A DNA stretch of 64,000 nucleotides from TPA_inf: Saccharomyces. Its lineage: Eukaryota. Of this stretch, positions 56,321-64,000 are shown in pieces; within the stretch, counting starts at the first letter, position 1; each line of letters opens with the position of its first letter. A program made the translations under genes and the position numbers. Location: assembly GCA_000146045.2 (NCBI GenBank), contig BK006934.2, forward strand, positions 288,001 to 352,000, in the 5' to 3' direction. The notes under the pieces are model-generated. The model was given only the letters and a program-made list of their open reading frames with translations. It had not been told where the DNA came from and searched no databases.

Positions 56321-57628
56321 TTATAAAGGTTCTGTTAATGCCAAATCCATTTCAATTCTTTTCTTCCAAATATTGTACTGGTCGTCTGTGACCAAAATAT
56401 TGGTGGTTTGTAACATCGATCCCAGTTTCCTAAATATAATTTCATCGTATCTGATGCCATCAAAATCATCATACCTAATTTGCAAATCTCTGAACCATTT
56501 TTCACCGATAATTAATTCCTTCACTAATTTTACACATTCAATAACATCATCCACTTTTGACGTCAACATCAAGCTGCACATCTTACTGACTATAAAATGG
56601 TCAATTCTTGGATCCTTGCGTCTTCTTTCATTAAATACAATGAATGTACAATTTAATACTAACCCACACACTAATTGCCATGGGCAAACCAATCTTGACG
56701 CGTTTATGTTGTACTCATCCACAATTTTATATGCTACTTCTCTTGGTAATTCAAAATCGTTGCAAAGCCGTATTATTTCTTCAGTAGTCATTTTGCAATA
56801 CTTCTTTACTAACAAAGAATTTGGTATTCTGCCCCTTTTCCTCAGGGCTTTTGCCGTCTTCAATTCTGATTGCGGTTTTCCAACTGCCTTATTTTGTTTC
56901 GTTCTCCCGCTTCTGCTTTCTTGCACACCTAATGGCTCTTCCTCACTTGTAGGGTCACTTTCATGGTTTTCATACTCATCAGAATCTACATTTCTGGTTC
57001 CAGTAATGCTCTTATTACTATGGCTTTTTAAAGACAAACCGTCGTTTCCTGGTTCCTCTTCATCCTCATCCTCATCCTCTTCAAATGCTAACTTTCTCCT
57101 AGTAATAGACGGCGATTCATTGGTTTGCATGGGGGGTAGTTCTGGTATTACGAACGAATCATTATTTTGGCTTTTCCTAACTTTAGTTGGTGTACCAAAC
57201 AGTTGATTCCTCAACTCTTTCGGATCAGAAGAAGTAAACCTCCCACCGTTCTTTACTGGACTGCGTTTGTTCTTTTTGGGGCTCGGTGTCCAAGCAAATT
57301 GTTTCATAGGTGAAGAATTAGATAAACTTTGTCTGAAAAGGTTCATTAAATGCTTGGCTTTTTTCGGCTCCAAGGGAATACTGTCTATATAATAGCAAAG
57401 GTCAGGCATGTGTTTTTCATTCATTTTCTGTGACGCTATGTATGCACATATGTGACATCTAGCAACCTCTTCATCTTGTTTCAGCATTACCTTGTTCAGT
57501 GAAGTATTATATAAAATCGATGTCGCATTAGTCAACTTCTTCAAATATCCGCTCGACCAGTCCGGTTTTTCTTGTGGATCTAGTCGAAGTACTTCTGCGA
57601 CACAATGTTGGACTTGTTGCATGGACAT
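56321..57628 (-). CDS. ORC6: ORC6, origin recognition complex subunit 6 (435 aa)
   Basis: First ATG at 57628 (the track start is TTG). It has S/TPxK CDK sites (SPKK, TPTK) and an acidic [10 protein letters not shown] block. 435 aa. Confidence 0.88.
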
Positions 57629-58042
57629 GACTGGTTTTAATGGTATTGTTTTGGCCAATTTTATTTACTGATATTGTACACTTTTTTCTGCAATTTTAGT
57701 GTGAGATTTTTTTTTTCAATGCCGATTTCTTACTAACGTAAACAACGGCAAAGAACAAAGAAATACACAGTTTTATCACAAAGAGTTGATTTTTGCTGAA
57801 GAGAAGCGTGAGGAGTGTATTCGAAAGCCTTGCATATTCTGGACACTTGCGATTCTAGCTCTTTACGGACGCCCGCATTCTTTTTTCATACTCTGTTTCG
57901 TGCTGCTTTCACACAATATTTTTCAAAAGTTTCTTCTCATCGTTTTTCTGTTAGCAACCCTCAACTTACGAGAGAGTTGCGACTAGCATAGGTAACATTC
58001 CTTATTTGTTGAATCTTTATAAGAGGTCTCTGCGTTTAGAGA

Positions 58043-61000
58043 ATGTCAAATTACTATAGAAGAGCACACGCGTCTTCTGGTTCATACAGACAACCCCAGG
58101 AACAGCCTCAATATTCGCGTTCTGGTCACTATCAGTATTCAAACGGCCATTCTCACCAACAATATTCTAGTCAATATAATCAACGTCGACGTTATAACCA
58201 TAATGATGGTACAAGGCGACGCTATAATGACGATCGCCCACATAGTTCAAACAATGCAAGTACGCGACAGTACTATGCTACTAACAACAGCCAAAGCGGC
58301 CCATATGTAAATAAGAAATCTGACATCAGTAGTCGGAGGGGCATGTCTCAATCACGGTATTCAAATAGCAATGTTCACAATACATTAGCGTCTTCGAGTG
58401 GATCTCTTCCCACAGAATCTGCTCTGCTTTTGCAACAAAGACCACCTTCAGTTTTGAGATACAACACAGATAATTTGAAGTCTAAGTTTCATTATTTTGA
58501 TCCCATAAAAGGCGAGTTCTTCAATAAGGATAAGATGCTTTCGTGGAAGGCTACAGATAAAGAATTTTCTGAAACAGGTTATTACGTAGTCAAAGAGTTA
58601 CAAGATGGACAGTTTAAGTTCAAAATAAAACACAGACATCCGGAGATAAAAGCATCCGACCCACGTAATGAAAACGGTATCATGACTAGCGGAAAAGTGG
58701 CAACCCACAGAAAATGCAGGAACTCACTAATTCTATTGCCTCGCATATCTTATGACAGGTACTCCTTAGGGCCTCCCCCTTCATGTGAAATAGTTGTCTA
58801 TCCAGCGCAAGATTCAACAACAACCAATATCCAAGACATATCAATAAAAAACTATTTTAAAAAGTATGGAGAAATTTCTCATTTTGAAGCATTTAATGAT
58901 CCTAATAGCGCTTTACCTTTGCATGTTTATCTTATAAAGTATGCCAGTTCTGATGGAAAAATTAATGATGCAGCAAAAGCAGCCTTTAGTGCCGTTAGAA
59001 AGCACGAATCTTCGGGTTGCTTTATCATGGGCTTCAAGTTCGAAGTGATTTTAAACAAGCATTCCATTTTGAATAATATCATTTCTAAATTTGTTGAAAT
59101 AAATGTCAAAAAGCTACAGAAGTTACAAGAGAACCTGAAGAAGGCTAAAGAGAAAGAAGCAGAAAACGAAAAAGCAAAGGAATTACAGGGCAAAGATATT
59201 ACCTTGCCCAAGGAACCTAAGGTAGACACATTATCTCATTCGTCCGGAAGTGAAAAAAGAATTCCATATGATCTCTTGGGGGTAGTTAATAACAGACCTG
59301 TTTTACATGTCTCCAAAATATTTGTTGCCAAACATAGGTTCTGCGTTGAGGACTTTAAATACAAGTTAAGGGGATACAGATGTGCGAAATTTATTGATCA
59401 TCCAACTGGTATCTATATTATTTTTAATGACATTGCCCATGCGCAAACATGTTCGAATGCAGAGTCAGGAAATTTAACAATAATGTCTCGGAGCAGAAGA
59501 ATTCCTATTCTAATAAAGTTTCATCTCATTCTCCCTAGGTTCCAAAACAGAACTAGATTCAATAAATCTAGCTCATCTTCAAATTCTACAAATGTACCTA
59601 TAAAATACGAGTCCAAAGAGGAGTTCATTGAAGCTACAGCAAAACAAATATTAAAAGATTTGGAAAAGACTTTACATGTTGATATTAAGAAGAGATTGAT
59701 TGGTCCTACGGTATTTGATGCTTTGGACCATGCAAATTTTCCTGAATTGTTAGCTAAAAGAGAACTAAAGGAGAAAGAGAAGAGACAACAGATTGCATCT
59801 AAAATTGCTGAAGATGAATTGAAACGTAAAGAAGAAGCCAAAAGAGATTTTGATTTGTTTGGTTTATATGGTGGCTATGCAAAATCTAATAAAAGAAATT
59901 TAAAAAGGCATAATTCACTCGCGTTGGATCATACTTCTTTAAAGAGGAAAAAGCTATCCAATGGTATCAAACCAATGGCACATTTACTGAACGAAGAAAC
60001 CGATTCCAAAGAAACTACCCCATTGAACGATGAAGGGATCACTCGCGTATCAAAAGAACATGATGAAGAAGACGAAAATATGACATCTTCATCTTCTGAA
60101 GAAGAGGAAGAAGAAGCTCCAGATAAGAAATTCAAGAGTGAGTCTGAGCCAACCACCCCCGAATCTGATCACCTTCATGGTATTAAGCCGTTAGTACCCG
60201 ATCAAAATGGGTCGTCTGACGTACTGGATGCTTCTTCGATGTATAAACCTACTGCTACCGAAATTCCCGAACCTGTATATCCACCTGAGGAATATGACTT
60301 GAAATATAGTCAGACTTTATCTTCTATGGATTTGCAGAATGCTATCAAAGATGAGGAAGATATGCTAATTTTAAAGCAGTTATTGAGCACATATACTCCT
60401 ACCGTCACACCAGAAACAAGCGCAGCTCTGGAATATAAAATTTGGCAATCTCGCCGAAAAGTTCTTGAAGAAGAGAAGGCTTCCGATTGGCAAATAGAGC
60501 TTAATGGAACTTTATTTGATAGTGAACTACAACCAGGTAGCTCTTTTAAAGCTGAAGGGTTCAGGAAAATTGCGGATAAATTAAAAATTAATTACCTACC
60601 CCATCGTCGCAGAGTTCACCAACCTTTAAATACGGTGAATATTCACAATGAAAGGAATGAGTACACACCTGAACTTTGTCAAAGAGAAGAATCCTCGAAT
60701 AAAGAACCTTCAGACTCAGTTCCTCAAGAAGTTTCATCCTCTAGAGATAATAGGGCATCAAATAGAAGATTTCAGCAGGACATAGAGGCACAGAAAGCCG
60801 CAATTGGTACGGAATCTGAGCTGCTATCACTAAATCAATTAAATAAAAGAAAAAAGCCAGTTATGTTCGCTCGTTCAGCAATTCACAACTGGGGTTTATA
60901 TGCTCTAGACTCTATCGCAGCAAAGGAAATGATTATCGAGTACGTTGGTGAAAGGATCAGGCAACCTGTAGCAGAAATGAGAGAGAAAAGATATCTGAAA

Positions 61001-61285
61001 AATGGGATTGGATCCAGTTACCTTTTTAGGGTTGATGAAAACACGGTTATTGATGCCACCAAGAAAGGTGGTATAGCCCGTTTCATTAATCATTGTTGTG
61101 ATCCAAATTGTACGGCAAAGATTATAAAGGTTGGCGGGAGAAGGAGAATTGTTATCTATGCACTGCGTGATATCGCGGCAAGCGAAGAGTTGACATATGA
61201 TTACAAATTTGAGAGAGAAAAGGATGACGAGGAAAGACTTCCTTGTTTATGTGGAGCACCTAATTGTAAAGGTTTCTTGAACTGA
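58043..61285 (+). CDS. SET1: SET1, H3K4 methyltransferase, catalytic subunit of COMPASS (1080 aa)
   Basis: C-terminal N-SET, SET ([20 protein letters not shown]) and post-SET ([13 protein letters not shown]) domains. Central RRM. Confidence 0.93.
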   Translation: MSNYYRRAHASSGSYRQPQEQPQYSRSGHYQYSNGHSHQQYSSQYNQRRRYNHNDGTRRRYNDDRPHSSNNASTRQYYATNNSQSGPYVNKKSDISSRRGMSQSRYSNSNVHNTLASSSGSLPTESALLLQQRPPSVLRYNTDNLKSKFHYFDPIKGEFFNKDKMLSWKATDKEFSETGYYVVKELQDGQFKFKIKHRHPEIKASDPRNENGIMTSGKVATHRKCRNSLILLPRISYDRYSLGPPPSCEIVVYPAQDSTTTNIQDISIKNYFKKYGEISHFEAFNDPNSALPLHVYLIKYASSDGKINDAAKAAFSAVRKHESSGCFIMGFKFEVILNKHSILNNIISKFVEINVKKLQKLQENLKKAKEKEAENEKAKELQGKDITLPKEPKVDTLSHSSGSEKRIPYDLLGVVNNRPVLHVSKIFVAKHRFCVEDFKYKLRGYRCAKFIDHPTGIYIIFNDIAHAQTCSNAESGNLTIMSRSRRIPILIKFHLILPRFQNRTRFNKSSSSSNSTNVPIKYESKEEFIEATAKQILKDLEKTLHVDIKKRLIGPTVFDALDHANFPELLAKRELKEKEKRQQIASKIAEDELKRKEEAKRDFDLFGLYGGYAKSNKRNLKRHNSLALDHTSLKRKKLSNGIKPMAHLLNEETDSKETTPLNDEGITRVSKEHDEEDENMTSSSSEEEEEEAPDKKFKSESEPTTPESDHLHGIKPLVPDQNGSSDVLDASSMYKPTATEIPEPVYPPEEYDLKYSQTLSSMDLQNAIKDEEDMLILKQLLSTYTPTVTPETSAALEYKIWQSRRKVLEEEKASDWQIELNGTLFDSELQPGSSFKAEGFRKIADKLKINYLPHRRRVHQPLNTVNIHNERNEYTPELCQREESSNKEPSDSVPQEVSSSRDNRASNRRFQQDIEAQKAAIGTESELLSLNQLNKRKKPVMFARSAIHNWGLYALDSIAAKEMIIEYVGERIRQPVAEMREKRYLKNGIGSSYLFRVDENTVIDATKKGGIARFINHCCDPNCTAKIIKVGGRRRIVIYALRDIAASEELTYDYKFEREKDDEERLPCLCGAPNCKGFLN

Positions 61286-61573
61286 CGATGATACATTGAT
61301 TTGTTTGGAGCTTCCTGATTTAACATATCGTTGCTTTCCAGCAAAAGGTAAAGATAAATACTAAACTGTATACATCTATAAGTAATCTCGGCCATTATTT
61401 TAACGATTAGTACTTTTGTTCGTGTCATTTTTTTGGAAAATTTTGCGATCTCTCACTGTTGAAGAATAAAGATTTCGCGATGACTTTTGCTTGCAGAGAA
61501 ATGCCTGAAAACACGAACATTCAATAATATAGATGGTACATAACATATGCGCAAGAAAACGTAAAGGCCACGG

Positions 61574-64000
61574 ATGAAGCATTTCTTTAGGCTACCGACA
61601 GCATTCCGGCCCATTTCTAGGGTTTCCTTACGATATTCTAGTACTGATACCGCTCAACCAAAAATATCAAAACTCAAAATTAGTTTTAATAAAATTTCTG
61701 AATCAAATAGCGAAAAAAAAGATAATTTGGGTTCAATTGACACACGAAATTGTCTTTCGACTCAGCAAGATGACAAACTATCAAGCACTGAGCCCTCGAA
61801 GGCTTCCCTTCCACCATCATTACAATATGTTCGTGACTTGATGGATTTGTATAAGGATCATGTGGTTTTAACACAAATGGGGTCATTTTATGAACTTTAC
61901 TTTGAACAAGCAATTAGATACGCTCCAGAATTAAATATATCATTGACGAATCGAGCTTATAGTCATGGCAAAGTTCCATTTGCTGGGTTTCCTGTACACC
62001 AGTTAAGTCGACATTTAAAAATGCTTGTTAACAATTGCGGATACAGTGTAACTATCGCAGAGCAATTCAAAAAAAAGGACGTGGCAGATAATGAAGCCAA
62101 TAAATTCTATAGGAGAGTGACTAGAATCGTTACTCCCGGCACTTTTATTGATGAAGCATTTGAAAATTTGAGGGAAAATACATATCTCCTGAACATCGAA
62201 TTTCCTGAAAACTGTATGAGTCAAGTGGCAGACACGAGTCTAAAAGTTGGTATATGTTGGTGTGATGTGAGTACTGGGGAGATATTTGTTCAACAAGTGT
62301 ATCTTAGAGATTTGGTTTCTGCAATAACAAGAATTCAACCTAAGGAGATTTTATTAGATGAAAGATTACTTGAGTTTCATATCGAGTCAGGGACGTGGTA
62401 TCCTGAACTTGTTGAGCTTAAAAAATTTTTTATAAAATATCAGAAAATGCCCAGTCAACATCGCACTATTGAATCATTCTATGGGCTGTTTAATTTGGGA
62501 GGTAAAGAAGCAACGGAAAGGCAATTGAAAATCCAATTTCAAACTTTTACTCAGAAGGAGTTAGCTGCTTTGAGGAATACATTAATATACGTAAGTAATC
62601 ATCTACCTGATTTCTCTATTAATTTTCAGATTCCTCAGAGACAATTAGCAACGGCGATAATGCAAATTGATTCAAGAACCAGCACTGCACTTGAATTGCA
62701 TTCTACTGTAAGAGACAACAATAAAAAAGGCTCTCTGTTATCATCTATAAGAAGGACAGTTACACCTTCAGGAACAAGACTTCTGTCTCAATGGTTGAGT
62801 GGACCTTCCCTTGATTTGAAAGAAATTAAAAAGCGTCAGAAAATTGTAGCATTTTTCAAAGACAACCGTGATATCACTGAAACACTACGGACTATGTTGA
62901 AAAAAGTAAATGATCTATCCCGTATACTTCAAAAGTTTAGTTTCGGAAGGGGCGAGGCATTAGAACTTATTCAAATGGCACGTTCACTAGAGGTTTCAAG
63001 AGAAATAAGAAAATATTTACTAAATAACACGTCGTTGATGAAAGCTACATTAAAGAGTCAAATCACACAGCTGACTGAGTCTTTAAATTTTGAAAAAAAT
63101 TTGATTGATGATATTTTGAAGTTTTTAAATGAGGAAGAGCTAGCAAAGTCACAAGATGCTAAACAGAATGCAGATGTAACTAGAATGCTTGACATAGATG
63201 TAAAAGACAAGAAAGAAAGTAACAAAGATGAGATTTTTGAATTAAGAGATTTTATCGTAAACCCTTCGTTCAATACCAAACTTAGGAAATTGCATGACAC
63301 TTATCAGGGCGTTTGGCAAAAAAAAACTGAGTACAATGCTTTATTAAAAGGTTTTTTTGTTGGCGACCTAGGTGCTAAGACTTTCACCTTGAAGGAAAGG
63401 CAAAACGGTGAGTATGCCCTCCATGTGACAGGAACAGCCTCTAGTTTAAAGAAAATTGATGAGTTAATTAGTAAATCGACGGAGTACCACGGAAGTTGCT
63501 TCCATATTTTGCAAAAATCAAGCCAAACACGATGGTTGAGTCACAAAATTTGGACAGACTTGGGGCACGAGTTGGAATTATTAAATTTAAAGATTAGGAA
63601 TGAAGAGGCTAATATTATTGATCTTTTTAAAAGGAAATTTATTGATAGAAGTAACGAGGTCAGACAAGTTGCAACTACACTGGGCTATCTTGATACCTTA
63701 TCGTCCTTTGCTGTGTTAGCTAACGAGAGAAATTTAGTCTGCCCAAAAGTGGATGAGAGCAATAAACTAGAAGTAGTGAATGGGAGACATCTAATGGTTG
63801 AAGAGGGTCTTTCCGCGCGCTCTTTGGAGACATTCACGGCCAATAACTGCGAATTGGCGAAGGACAATTTATGGGTAATTACCGGACCGAATATGGGTGG
63901 TAAATCTACATTCTTAAGACAGAATGCAATTATAGTCATTCTGGCGCAAATTGGATGTTTTGTTCCATGCAGTAAGGCGCGTGTGGGTATTGTAGATAAG
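61574..64000 (+). CDS. MSH1: MSH1, mitochondrial MutS homolog, N-terminal 809 codons (the gene continues beyond the window end)
   Basis: ATG at 61574. The frame stays open to position 64000. It has a mitochondrial presequence-like N-terminus, a MutS mismatch-binding region and the Walker A motif GPNMGGKST at about 63885. Confidence 0.85.

Overview
This window reads as a fully ordinary, well-characterised stretch of the Saccharomyces cerevisiae nuclear genome. It matches the right arm of chromosome VIII from HXT4 (YHR092C, 3' truncated at the window start) to MSH1 (YHR120W, runs off the window end). I count 28 protein-coding genes, each with the length I expect from the S288C annotation (TRA1 3744 aa, SET1 1080 aa, KIC1 1080 aa, SFB3 929 aa, and so on). 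The ORF track sometimes starts ORFs at non-ATG codons (TTG or GTG). For TRA1, CDC12, DMA1, COX23 and ORC6 I moved the start to the first in-frame ATG, and each then reproduces the known protein length. Two genes are spliced (YHR097C and BIG1). I reconstructed both introns from the sequence using canonical yeast signals (GTATGT ... TACTAAC ... YAG). I see no RNA genes, transposons, CRISPR arrays or prokaryote-style systems, and no evidence for a novel or undescribed system. The second-look items are all eukaryotic genome features: the three-gene hexose-transporter array HXT4-HXT1-HXT5 with a 119-bp perfectly identical HXT1/HXT5 tract that looks like gene conversion; clustered Rgt1-type CGGANNA sites and an A26 tract in the HXT1 promoter; STRE elements upstream of HXT5, GRE3 and TRR2; a Met31/32 site plus a CACGTG E-box upstream of the uncharacterised PLP enzyme gene YHR112C; (TA)n microsatellites at convergent terminators; and a 52-bp convergent gap between TOM71 and ORC6. 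All gene names rest on my recall of the S288C annotation plus diagnostic motifs visible in the translations. No database search was run.
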